A stretch of DNA of 64,000 nucleotides, from positions 8,486 through 72,485 of the IMG/VR virus record IMGVR_UViG_3300049719_000183. One strand, written 5' to 3'. Below, piece after piece: positions 50,609 through 59,731 of this stretch. The translations under genes and the position numbers were made by a program. Numbering within the stretch: the first letter of the stretch is position 1; the number at the start of each line of letters is the position of its first letter. Source of the stretch: a virus. The notes below the pieces were generated by a model that did no database searches, was not told where the DNA came from, and worked only from the letters and a program-made list of their open reading frames with translations.

Positions 50609-52732
50609 GTGAGCGACACCTATAAGACTTTCGTCCGTTCGGCCAGTAACTGGTCAGAGTTTTCCAGTGCCAAGAAGCATGTGCAAGATACGGGCCTGAC
50701 GTATGATGAGGCCAAACGTGCCTGTGCCGCCTACAACGCCAACCTGACTCCCTCCGAGAAGGGTACAAAGATGGAGTTCACGGCTGAGAGCGCCACCCGC
50801 AAGGCAATTGACCAGGTGCCACTCCACGAGTTTTTCGGCAAGGACTCCTCTGGCGGCGAGCCCGACGACTACGGGGTTGCTGCGGGAGAGCGCAGGAAGC
50901 TGCCCTATGGAAGCCAGGGAGGCAACATGCTCCTGACGAAGAAGAGCTACGAGCGTGTGAAGCGAGAGCGGGCCGAGGAGGGCCAGGACACGCCTGCATG
51001 GGAAACCCTGGCGGTGTACAAGACTGAATCAGCCAAGCCTCGCCGCCTCCGCATAGAAGAGATGATGTCTGCTGGAGAGGTGACCCGCTTGGCCAACGAG
51101 CAAGCTGAAAAAGCCGCCCGTAGGAAGCAGTCGCCTCGGGTGTTTTTCGATGCTGCTGACATCGAGAAGAATTTTGGCAAGATACCAAACATCGGCAGCT
51201 ACCGTCCCACGGGTTGGGAGCTGGTGGAACATCACATGGTGGACAAGAGCGGCATGGGAGCCGAGGATGAGCCTGCCCTCACTGTTAAAGGCTACAAGGC
51301 GTGGCTATCAAAGTACTTGGAAACCCCAGAGACGTGCGGATGGGCGATCATCGAGGAGGGCCAATTCCAGGTGGTCGTGGGTCGGTTCGTCAAGCAGGTG
51401 CAGAGAAACGCGGGTCCGTCACCGACCCGGGAGAGCATCGACAGGATGTTCGAGGACAGTCAACTGGGCATTCCCGGGTTTGACTGGACGTACGGCGACA
51501 TCGGTCCATCGGATCCGGACGCTGGCAAACCCGCCAATGGTGGCAATTTCGACACCATCGAGTACACGTTGCCCGAGTACTGGGCCAGCTATCTGATCAA
51601 TGGCGATGCCTCAGGCCTGGAGGACGGCGAGCAGGAGGAGATTGACGCCTGGCTGGCGAAGGAGGGCAATCCCAACATCGTGGATTGCAGCGAGGAGGGC
51701 TACTTCTCCCGCTACTGTGACGCCCCGGGCCAGCTTGCAGGGAACATGCTCACGTACACGGCGCTTGTGCCGAAGGACAAGAATTACCCGGGAGAAACTG
51801 AGGAATCCCCGCCTGGCGCGTTGGAATCCACCGATCGCGCCCCGGGTGATCACGGCTATGTGGCCTTCTACAAGGGCAAGAAGATGGACGTGTACGCTAC
51901 TTCCTCCTATGCTGCACAGAAGAAGGCGGCAGCGGCCTTCGGGGCGAAGAAGAGCTACGAGGTGAACGTAGTGCTCGCAGAGAAGCCTGATGGATCACAG
52001 GTGACGCACGTACCCGAGGGCACTGAGCCTGATTGGCACGAGCCAGAGAGGACAGGAAAGCCACCGGCTTCAATGCGTCTGGCAACTGCGGCAGCCATGC
52101 TGCAGGGCATGCCAGACGGTCCTGAGAGGCATCGCAGAAAGTCTGCCGATATTCGTGGCCGAGCCGATGACGTGGCCAATGCTCGTGACAAGGAGGCGGC
52201 CAGGCCGATGAACAAGCTCAAGAGATTCTTGGGCTTCGGGGAGTCCATTCAGGAGGCAGGCATCGCCTCAGGCATGAAGGCAGGCCCCGAGCCCCGGGGT
52301 GAGGAGCAGGAGGAAGAGGGCACTGCCAGGGAGCAGGGCTACGAAGGCGACGGCACGCCGCAGGACGGCGCTGATGGCAGCCGGGCGCACACGGACAAGG
52401 GAATTGAGGACATGCAGTTTCAGCCCTCTGACCCGAAGCTGCTTGAACCTGAGCCGGGACAGCACAGCTACCGTGCGGGGTGGGACAACGAGATCGCCTA
52501 CTATCTGTCTCATCCACAGATGGACAAGCTTGAGGAACTGAAGGCCACGCCTGAGCAGATGAAGGCGTTCGTGAGGGTGGTACGGCGCTGGCACAAGGTG
52601 AGCCTCCCGAATACGCTGATGGGAGATCCCAGCTGTCTCATGGTGCAGGTGTGGGGCGAGCCGAGCGGCGACAACATGGAGGGCTATTCCATGTGGCTCG
52701 GCATTGAGAAGGACGGCTACACCCACTCATGA
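50609..52732 (+). CDS. Modular polyprotein-like protein, putative internal head protein
   Basis: TAGTTA-N4-GTG; small domains separated by ESATRKAIDQVPLHE, ESAKPRRLRIEE, RESIDRMFE, KRFLGFGESIQE; ends GIEKDGYTHS. Confidence 0.75.
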   Translation: MSDTYKTFVRSASNWSEFSSAKKHVQDTGLTYDEAKRACAAYNANLTPSEKGTKMEFTAESATRKAIDQVPLHEFFGKDSSGGEPDDYGVAAGERRKLPYGSQGGNMLLTKKSYERVKRERAEEGQDTPAWETLAVYKTESAKPRRLRIEEMMSAGEVTRLANEQAEKAARRKQSPRVFFDAADIEKNFGKIPNIGSYRPTGWELVEHHMVDKSGMGAEDEPALTVKGYKAWLSKYLETPETCGWAIIEEGQFQVVVGRFVKQVQRNAGPSPTRESIDRMFEDSQLGIPGFDWTYGDIGPSDPDAGKPANGGNFDTIEYTLPEYWASYLINGDASGLEDGEQEEIDAWLAKEGNPNIVDCSEEGYFSRYCDAPGQLAGNMLTYTALVPKDKNYPGETEESPPGALESTDRAPGDHGYVAFYKGKKMDVYATSSYAAQKKAAAAFGAKKSYEVNVVLAEKPDGSQVTHVPEGTEPDWHEPERTGKPPASMRLATAAAMLQGMPDGPERHRRKSADIRGRADDVANARDKEAARPMNKLKRFLGFGESIQEAGIASGMKAGPEPRGEEQEEEGTAREQGYEGDGTPQDGADGSRAHTDKGIEDMQFQPSDPKLLEPEPGQHSYRAGWDNEIAYYLSHPQMDKLEELKATPEQMKAFVRVVRRWHKVSLPNTLMGDPSCLMVQVWGEPSGDNMEGYSMWLGIEKDGYTHS

Positions 52733-52974
52733 ACACCACGGTAAGAAAGCTCCTTGGTGAAGAGGCTGCCGTATGGACTGACAGCGAAATCCTGGACTGG
52801 ATTGAGGCCAACTGTGACGTGAATGTGTATACGGGCACGGGCGCTAACACACGGAAGCTCAATTACAGCGGGCCGCTGCGCAATCGTGTCTCTATTGAGA
52901 TGAACAGACAGCGGCACACGGAGGCAGGCACGGATCCAGCCCCGAGTGTTCATCATGTAGGAGCACATCCATGA
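52729..52974 (+). CDS. Small protein with N-terminal MNTTVRKLLGEE signal variant
   Basis: ATGA coupling. Confidence 0.6.
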   Translation: MNTTVRKLLGEEAAVWTDSEILDWIEANCDVNVYTGTGANTRKLNYSGPLRNRVSIEMNRQRHTEAGTDPAPSVHHVGAHP

Positions 52975-53738
52975 ACGAAGCCTACGCACGTCAGAATCCC
53001 GAGGAGTACCGCCGCAAGGAGAACGAGTGGAAGCCAGCCACTCGCAGGAGGAGCGGGGAGGCCATGCCACGCACTGCCCATGATTGTCTGCCGGGTGAGC
53101 CGTGCGACAATGGTGTGCTCAGGCCCGGCCGCCTGAAGAAGGGCTGGTCCACGCAGGACGAGGTGGACGCCGAGATACTGGCCAAGGCCGAGCAGCGTGC
53201 ACGCGAGGTGGGGGTTGAGCAGTACGCCCGATCCAAGGAGGCCTCCATGGACTCGCCCGATGTGCTGCCAGAGTCAGCCACGCGCAGGCGCATAGACCGG
53301 ATATTTGAGATTGCGGAGGAGCCCGATAATCTGAAGGCCGAACTGCGTGCTAATCAGGCTGAAATCTCTGACCAAGCGACGGGCATAGCGGAGAATCCCT
53401 CAGGTTTGGGTCAGTACTACTTGGACGGTGGGCGCGAAGTAAATACGGAGGAGGCTCAAGATGCCTTGCTTGCTGGTGAACAAGTGGAAGTACCCAATGC
53501 AGGTGCTGGAAGCTTTCGCTCTTTCTTTAAGTCCGTAGGCTGTGACAAGGTGGAGGTGTGGGACTGGACAAGCAGTGCGGGTGATTGGGTTTTTGGTGTA
53601 CGAGATGGTCCTGAGGGAATGTGGTACCCTGCTTTCCAATCAAACCGGTACCCTGGTCATGGTATGAGCTATTCAATTGACCGAGGACACGGCTTCCCTT
53701 CTTGGGAGGACTTGATGGAATATATGGGTCAGCAATGA
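52971..53738 (+). CDS. Two-module protein with ESATRRRIDRIFE linker
   Basis: Motif at 53271-53309. Confidence 0.7.
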   Translation: MNEAYARQNPEEYRRKENEWKPATRRRSGEAMPRTAHDCLPGEPCDNGVLRPGRLKKGWSTQDEVDAEILAKAEQRAREVGVEQYARSKEASMDSPDVLPESATRRRIDRIFEIAEEPDNLKAELRANQAEISDQATGIAENPSGLGQYYLDGGREVNTEEAQDALLAGEQVEVPNAGAGSFRSFFKSVGCDKVEVWDWTSSAGDWVFGVRDGPEGMWYPAFQSNRYPGHGMSYSIDRGHGFPSWEDLMEYMGQQ

Positions 53739-54427
53739 GTACCCGTGCCCGCATAGACAGGTTGTTTGAGCGGGGTGCCCCGTACAAGACGGCTAAGACG
53801 TCCAGGTGATGGGTTTCACCGTACGCAGCGACTCCTTCCACGACCTCTCCATCACCCATGAACACCACTGAAGCCTTCCTACGCCAGCATCCCAGCATAG
53901 ACCTGAAGAAGGCGCACCGCTTGCGCGACGAGCCCATCCGTTGCCGCCACTGTGGTGGCGAGGGAGGCAGTCATGAGGCCAATTGCCCGACAGGACCGTC
54001 CCCGTCTGACAGAGACGTGGAGGTGGGTTCCGAGGACCCACTCCACACACGTCGCGATCGCGGGTGGGTGAAGGACTTGAATCTAGAGCCCAGGGGCTAC
54101 ACGGACGAACCCGAAACTTATGCGTGGGAGTCCGAGACGCGCAGGCGCATAGACCGTTTGTTTGAAGCGCCGTGGGTGTCAGGATCGGACCTGAGCCCTG
54201 AAGAGCGGGAGCACGTCAAAAGAGCTTACGTTCACCGCTTCACCGGCCAACACAAGCCGGACTGGGTCAGTCGGCCCCGTCCAAACGGCAAACCCTACCC
54301 GTTGCATTTCAAGGACGACGATGACTGGCTGAGGAACACGAAATTCGACGTGACAAAGGGTGGGCGTCTCAGCCGTAGGACCAAGCACTCTCAGAGCAAC
54401 CCCACATTCCCGAACGGGATAGAGTGA
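53735..54427 (+). pseudogene. Interrupted modular gene (MSTRARIDRLFE start, TGA at 53807; downstream ORF 53858-54427 with ESETRRRIDRLFE)
   Basis: Manual translation; may reflect indels or sequencing error. Confidence 0.55.
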
Positions 54428-54441
54428 TCCTTAGTTAGTGG

Positions 54442-54735
54442 GTGAACACCCGCCAACGCATTGACCGTCTGTTTGAGATAGCCACCCCACTAGCGCCTGG
54501 GGAGCTTTCTCCTGAGGAGCAGGAGGCTCTCATTGGCAACAACGCCACGCCGGAACAGGTTCAGGCCTATTTGGACCTGAAGGAGCAGTACGCCCAGGTG
54601 AGCGTTCCCTATCGCTATTCAAGTGCGATTGCCACGGCCAAGGGGGCGCCCGCTGTGCTGGCCTGCTGGTGTCACTATAAGGACGGCGGCAAGATTTTCA
54701 TCGCGATCACCAAGGATGGCGAGACCCACTCGTGA
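54442..54735 (+). CDS. Single-module protein with MNTRQRIDRLFE leader
   Basis: TAGTTA-N4-GTG; ends IAITKDGETHS, like the last module of 50609-52732. Confidence 0.75.
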   Translation: MNTRQRIDRLFEIATPLAPGELSPEEQEALIGNNATPEQVQAYLDLKEQYAQVSVPYRYSSAIATAKGAPAVLACWCHYKDGGKIFIAITKDGETHS

Positions 54736-56912
54736 CCACTCGTCAGCACATCGACACCCTGTTTGAAATAGGGCCTCCTGACGAAATGAACGTCAGCAGG
54801 GACCAGGCGGTGCGCGACTGGCAGGCAGCACTGCACAGTGGAAAGTCGAGCAAGGAACTTCAGAAGGATTTCGAGTTGTACGGCAAGAGGCTGGCTGCCA
54901 ACTATGCCCGGGGGAAGGGTTCTGATTACAGTTCGGCACGGAAGCTGGCTGCCATGGGCAAGCTGAAGGAGACACTGACTGGCGGTGGTTCCTCTGCGTT
55001 GCCACATATCCGCATCATCAAGAAGGCTCCAGGGAGGCAGTTTTACAGGGGCGTTGGAACTCTGGAGAACCATACTCTGTGTGGGGCAGAGATGACCGAC
55101 AGAGATATGCGTCTCCATGATGCTCGAAAGTCTGCCGCTGCTGGGTGGAAGATTTGTCCTGAGTGCCTTAGGCGGGCGGGCATTACGGAAACTCTCACCG
55201 GCTATGGTTCTGGTGGCAATGTGGGTGGTTCCACCTCTGGCACGGGCGGCATGGAGGCCGATGCGGGCAGTGAGATAGCTCATCAGGAGACGGCGAGGAA
55301 GCTGGCGAAGAAAAGGCGTCGTACCTTCGAGACTGTGTTTGGCGAGCCCAGTGGGCTTTACGGAGAGCCTAAAGAGGGGACGGAGCACATCGTATCTGCT
55401 GCCGTACGCAATACAGAGACGGGAGACATTTACCTGGGCGACGATCACGAATACTGTTACCAAAACGTGGATCGTAACACAGGCAAGAGAGACTACGATC
55501 ACTACGAAGACGGTTTCTATACCAGTGAGGACAGATTCCTTAGCAGGAGAGACGCTTTTGAGTTGGCGTTGAATACGGGACAGGGCTCTGCACGGGAGGA
55601 AGATAATGAGTTCGAGCATACGGATGGAAGCTCGGAGAATTTTTACGCCGTTGAGAGCATCGACCGCCTGTTCGAGCGCATGGAGCTGCCCTACGGATAT
55701 TGGGTGAGCAGGAGTGGCACGTTCACGGCGGTGGAGTATGAGCAGCATGAGTCCACCGCAGAGGAGATGCTGGGTGCCGAATGGGACTCCGGGGAGAGCA
55801 CCTACAAGCAGATGTACGACCGTGGGTTTGTGCGTGTCCTGAACACCGAAGAGAGCATTATTGTGGCTGGGGACGACCTCACCAATGCCCAGCGCCGTGA
55901 ACTCACCAACACGGCCATAGAAAGTGGGCGGCGGCTCCTGTGGGAGAAGCGCGGTCTGACATCGCCTCCTTTCGCCAAGGTGCTCTACCACCCCAGTGAT
56001 ACGGAAGTGGTGATGTCCGAGGGTTGGGTTGGAGGATATGTGGAGTTCTGGTTGGACCCGAGTGGCACGCTCATCCGTGCACCTGAGGGCCACGCCATTG
56101 AGGCAGCGAAGATCCTCGGCTGCGATGTACATGGCGGCGAATACCAGAAGATGTACGACAAGCGGTACGCCCGGATCGTGCGGACAGACCGTGGAATATA
56201 CGCCGAGCACAAGCAGCCGCTCAGCGCGGCCCAGTTTCGTACCTTGAAAGATGTGGCCATTGAGTATCATCTACCGCTCCACTACAGGGCGCAGGGCGCT
56301 GATGGGCTGGTGTCGAAGATATACACACCTGATGATGTTGCTGCGATGTCGGAGTCACCAGAGGTGGCCATCGACAATAGCTCCAAGAAGGCCATAGCAC
56401 TTGCAGGCAATGAGATAAAGCATCTTCACGACATGCCACTGGAAGACATGCGGGAGAACATTGTCATCATTCGCCAGCCTGAGGGCAGCAACCCCCATCC
56501 GCTCATCGGCGTGGGTTCCACCTGGGTGTATTTCATGGACTCTCCTAAGAGTGCCAAGCTGATGAAGCAGGGCAAGATCCCCTATTTGATGGTGCCCGTG
56601 GGCACTGGATTCCACGGTGGCAACCCCATCACAGACGTGTGGACGAAACGGTTTCAGAAGCCTGGCACTGAGCACATCCTAGGACTCTTGCAGGGGCACA
56701 GTGACGAGAAGAGCATCTACATCGACATGATGAGCGTGCGCACGGCGTGGAGGCGCAACCGGATCAACAGCCTGATGATCGATGCTCTGAGGTCGTGCTA
56801 TCCAAAAGCCAAGTTGGAGTATTCCAGCCCCACACAGGCAGGGGAGAAGTTCATCAAGGGTTACTCGAAGCCAGAGCCCACCAGGCTTCGTGGGTTCTCA
56901 TCTGTCAGCTAA
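54732..56912 (+). CDS. Modular polyprotein with Zn ribbon, duplicated module and C-terminal GNAT-like domain
   Basis: MTTRQHIDTLFE leader; ESIDRLFE linker; TLCG...CPECL; W...SG...H...Y..MYD twice; IYIDMMSVRTAWRRNRINSLMI...PTQAGEKF. Confidence 0.75.
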   Translation: MTTRQHIDTLFEIGPPDEMNVSRDQAVRDWQAALHSGKSSKELQKDFELYGKRLAANYARGKGSDYSSARKLAAMGKLKETLTGGGSSALPHIRIIKKAPGRQFYRGVGTLENHTLCGAEMTDRDMRLHDARKSAAAGWKICPECLRRAGITETLTGYGSGGNVGGSTSGTGGMEADAGSEIAHQETARKLAKKRRRTFETVFGEPSGLYGEPKEGTEHIVSAAVRNTETGDIYLGDDHEYCYQNVDRNTGKRDYDHYEDGFYTSEDRFLSRRDAFELALNTGQGSAREEDNEFEHTDGSSENFYAVESIDRLFERMELPYGYWVSRSGTFTAVEYEQHESTAEEMLGAEWDSGESTYKQMYDRGFVRVLNTEESIIVAGDDLTNAQRRELTNTAIESGRRLLWEKRGLTSPPFAKVLYHPSDTEVVMSEGWVGGYVEFWLDPSGTLIRAPEGHAIEAAKILGCDVHGGEYQKMYDKRYARIVRTDRGIYAEHKQPLSAAQFRTLKDVAIEYHLPLHYRAQGADGLVSKIYTPDDVAAMSESPEVAIDNSSKKAIALAGNEIKHLHDMPLEDMRENIVIIRQPEGSNPHPLIGVGSTWVYFMDSPKSAKLMKQGKIPYLMVPVGTGFHGGNPITDVWTKRFQKPGTEHILGLLQGHSDEKSIYIDMMSVRTAWRRNRINSLMIDALRSCYPKAKLEYSSPTQAGEKFIKGYSKPEPTRLRGFSSVS

Positions 56913-56913
56913 C

Positions 56914-57507
56914 ATGGACACCGACGAGAAGAAACCCGGCTGCCTGCTGGCGAGGCTTAGGCCTGCCGACGCCGCACGCTTCTGCATGGAGATCGACAAG
57001 CTCATCTCCGATGACGACGTTGACGTGGAGGCCGGTGGAAAGGAAAGGGACACTCACATCTCGGTGCTCTTCGGGTTCGAGTATGGGATGGATACCAAGC
57101 CGTTGAAGCAATTCCTGTCCGAGCAGAACCCCTTCTACGCAACCCTCGGTCCCATTGGCGTGTTCAGGAAGGTGAAGAAGGGGTACAAGGAGCAGAAGGA
57201 CGATGATGGGTCAGGCGTCCTGAAGGTGGAGGTAGAGAGCGAGCATTTGGTTAATCTGCACTATGCCCTGAGGGAGGAGTTTGGCGAGAAGGTGAAGGTG
57301 ACGTTCCCCGACTACAAACCCCACCTCACACTGGCCTATCTGAAGGCCGGGGCCAAGGCCTTCGACTTGGAGGGTAGCACGAAGTTTGCGGGCGAAACCT
57401 ACTACTTCAACGAACTCGTATTCAGTCATGGCACCAGTGCCCATCGGTCAGCGGTGACGATGAAGCTTGGACAGATCGGAGAGTCTGTGAGGCGCCTACT
57501 TGGATGA
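56914..57507 (+). CDS. 2H phosphoesterase, Acb1/T4 gp57B-like
   Basis: PGCLLA; two Hx(S/T) motifs: THISVLFG and FPDYKPHLTLAYLK. Confidence 0.8.
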   Translation: MDTDEKKPGCLLARLRPADAARFCMEIDKLISDDDVDVEAGGKERDTHISVLFGFEYGMDTKPLKQFLSEQNPFYATLGPIGVFRKVKKGYKEQKDDDGSGVLKVEVESEHLVNLHYALREEFGEKVKVTFPDYKPHLTLAYLKAGAKAFDLEGSTKFAGETYYFNELVFSHGTSAHRSAVTMKLGQIGESVRRLLG

Positions 57508-58058
57508 CTACCTGTCAGCACATAGATCGCTTGTTTGAAAAGATAGCGAGTCTCCCCGAGGTGATGTACCATCTCACTAACTCAGCCAACTTTAAGCTCA
57601 GAAAAGTTCATCCTGCGAACAATACGACTCTCGGTGGTGTGTGGGAACCGGGCATATTTCTTGCGAGGTCGGTTGAGGCCTGGGTTAACGGGCACGGCTA
57701 CTGGCGTCCCTGGGTTGTTGAGTTCGACACTGCTGCATTGGAACCCGGTGATCTTGTTTTTGAGAGCGGTTACTCAGGAGAGGTGCTCGTGAAAGCCAGT
57801 GCGTATAGCCGACTCAAGGTGCTGCGCGTCGTTCCACTTGATGCACACTGCAGGGAGGTTTTTGGGGAACGGGGCTGGACGGAGGATTCTTTTGGAACGG
57901 ACTTCCGGTCGGGTGAGAAGCTGTCGGATGAAAGGGCACGAGGAGAAATGCGTGACTATCACTATGCAGGGGACGCCCGTACCGAGCCCGAGGAGTGGAG
58001 GAAAGCCTACCGTAAGCGCGTTTCAAAGCACGCCAAAATGAGGGGGCAAGGACGTTGA
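57504..58058 (+). CDS. ADP-ribosyltransferase-like domain with MTTCQHIDRLFE leader
   Basis: MYHLT...PGIFLA...SGEVLV fits the ART strand pattern (H, aromatic, E). Confidence 0.55.
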   Translation: MTTCQHIDRLFEKIASLPEVMYHLTNSANFKLRKVHPANNTTLGGVWEPGIFLARSVEAWVNGHGYWRPWVVEFDTAALEPGDLVFESGYSGEVLVKASAYSRLKVLRVVPLDAHCREVFGERGWTEDSFGTDFRSGEKLSDERARGEMRDYHYAGDARTEPEEWRKAYRKRVSKHAKMRGQGR

Positions 58059-58251
58059 GGACAAGATCCTGGCGGTTGCGGGCGAACTGGAAACATACGC
58101 ATGGTACACAGAGGGCGACGAGAAGGAATACTACGACGGGATGATCTATGGCTGCTACGACGCCTTGGACATGCTAAATGATTGGCCTGGATCAGGTAAG
58201 CCAGTGCCAGGCACCGAAGACAACTGGAAGGACTAACTCCCTAGTTACAGC

Positions 58252-58824
58252 ATGAGCAACGCATCCCCTGTGGTGAAGCATTTCCTCGGCGAGTCCGAGA
58301 TGTGGCGGGATTACAAGCCCGAGGTGCGCACCCTCCTGAAGTGCCTGGCTGACGCTGGCTTCACGATCAGAAACGCCAGCAACGGCGGTGGACCGGACGA
58401 GGACTTCGGTCCTGAGATACCTGACTTCGTGGAGGAGTTGACGGCTGCCGAGGAGGCCTATCTGTACGTCACTTCTCCCACCGGAAAGAGAGCCACCATC
58501 TACCTGGTGATGGGCAACTCGCCGGGTGAACTGGTTAGCGACTACACGGCCATCCCCGAGCTGGAGGCCCCGTTGGAGGCTGCCTCACAGGAGTGGTGGG
58601 GCAAGGAGCAGCCGATGGAGCCTGCTCCTGGATCCACGCCCGATGAAGCGGCTGAAAAGGCACACTTCGACAAGGAGGCGTCTACACCGGCCTTTGTGCC
58701 CGATCCTGATGGCGACGATGACGAGTCCCGTGCGCACCCTGTTGAGGGTCCTGACGAGCCCGAGGAAAGGGTGGTGAACGGTGGCAATGAGAGGGAGCAG
58801 TTTTACAGCGACATGGGGCTGTGA
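58252..58824 (+). CDS. Acidic late protein with MSNASPVVKHFLGE leader
   Basis: TAGTTA-N4-ATG; IYLVMGNSPGELVSDY. Confidence 0.7.
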   Translation: MSNASPVVKHFLGESEMWRDYKPEVRTLLKCLADAGFTIRNASNGGGPDEDFGPEIPDFVEELTAAEEAYLYVTSPTGKRATIYLVMGNSPGELVSDYTAIPELEAPLEAASQEWWGKEQPMEPAPGSTPDEAAEKAHFDKEASTPAFVPDPDGDDDESRAHPVEGPDEPEERVVNGGNEREQFYSDMGL

Positions 58825-59045
58825 TCGCACGCATTTCAGATACGGTGATCACACGCATTTTTGTCATTTTCATCATCGTGATCGCCTTCTTCGCAGGGTA
58901 CCGTCTCGGTAGATCCACCGCCCCCGGGGTACGCCAGGGCCACCAGATACAGGCCTCGGTCGATGCAGGCTTCGCTCTGTATCTCCACGAGTTGGCCGAC
59001 AAGGTGGACGCTGACACGAAGAGGGAACGGGAGATGTCGAAATGA
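58821..59045 (+). CDS. Small membrane protein
   Basis: Hydrophobic IFVIFIIVIAFFAGY; coupled at both ends. Confidence 0.55.
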   Translation: MIARISDTVITRIFVIFIIVIAFFAGYRLGRSTAPGVRQGHQIQASVDAGFALYLHELADKVDADTKREREMSK

Positions 59046-59731
59046 ACACCCGTCAGCGCATAGATGAGATGTTTGACGATGACGAGGACGGCGTATTTCC
59101 TCGTGCCGACAGGTGGGAAAAAGTTGTTCCAGGCCTTCACACCGTGGGTAAGGAAGGAGCAGACGCTGCTCGTTCAAATGCCAAACGTGCACAGGAGCGC
59201 CCGAGGCTCTGTGATACAATCAGGCACGGCGACAAGGTGACCATCCTCGTGCCTGCGGGCAGGGGGCGTGACGGACAGGAATGGAAGAAGGCCACGGGCA
59301 GAGCCGTGATGAGGGGGCCAGCGGGCTGGGTGATAAACCTAGGCGGAAGATTTGGCACCCCGGGTATTGCCGGGGATGACAACACAGTGAGCGTGAAACA
59401 TGCCCGCCAGGAGTCCATTGACCAATACCCGCTTCAGGCAGCAGCCATCCAGAAGCTGGAGGATGCGGGTTTTGAGTTCGCATCCTGGTTCAACGCCCAC
59501 GACCCGGAGGATGAGTGGGCCAAGTGCGCCACAATGGTGAAGCGAGTCTCAAGCTATGAGCAGACCCAGTGTGAGGTGGATCCGCAGGGATTCTGCAACG
59601 GGCTTTCCGTAGAGGAGTTCCTTGGCCGGGGCCAAGCCCATCCCACTACTGAATCAATAGACGACAGGTTGTTCGAGATAGCGTGGCTACCCAGTTCTCC
59701 TCGATCTGCACACGGCTGGAGTGGCCGTTGA
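59042..59731 (+). CDS. Modular protein with MNTRQRIDEMFD leader and ESID linkers
   Basis: RQESIDQ (59411); TESIDDRLFE (59651). Confidence 0.7.
   Translation: MNTRQRIDEMFDDDEDGVFPRADRWEKVVPGLHTVGKEGADAARSNAKRAQERPRLCDTIRHGDKVTILVPAGRGRDGQEWKKATGRAVMRGPAGWVINLGGRFGTPGIAGDDNTVSVKHARQESIDQYPLQAAAIQKLEDAGFEFASWFNAHDPEDEWAKCATMVKRVSSYEQTQCEVDPQGFCNGLSVEEFLGRGQAHPTTESIDDRLFEIAWLPSSPRSAHGWSGR

Noticed and set aside
53807-53809. TGA readthrough or alternative genetic code
   Set aside because: A single case; TGA, TAG and TAA all end well-supported genes elsewhere in the window
54675-56270. Long antisense ORFs (531 aa here; also 6955-7830, 17474-18298, 20645-21586, 366-959)
   Set aside because: Shadow or alternative frames of GC-rich genes with no motifs or start signals, unlike the nested intein ORF
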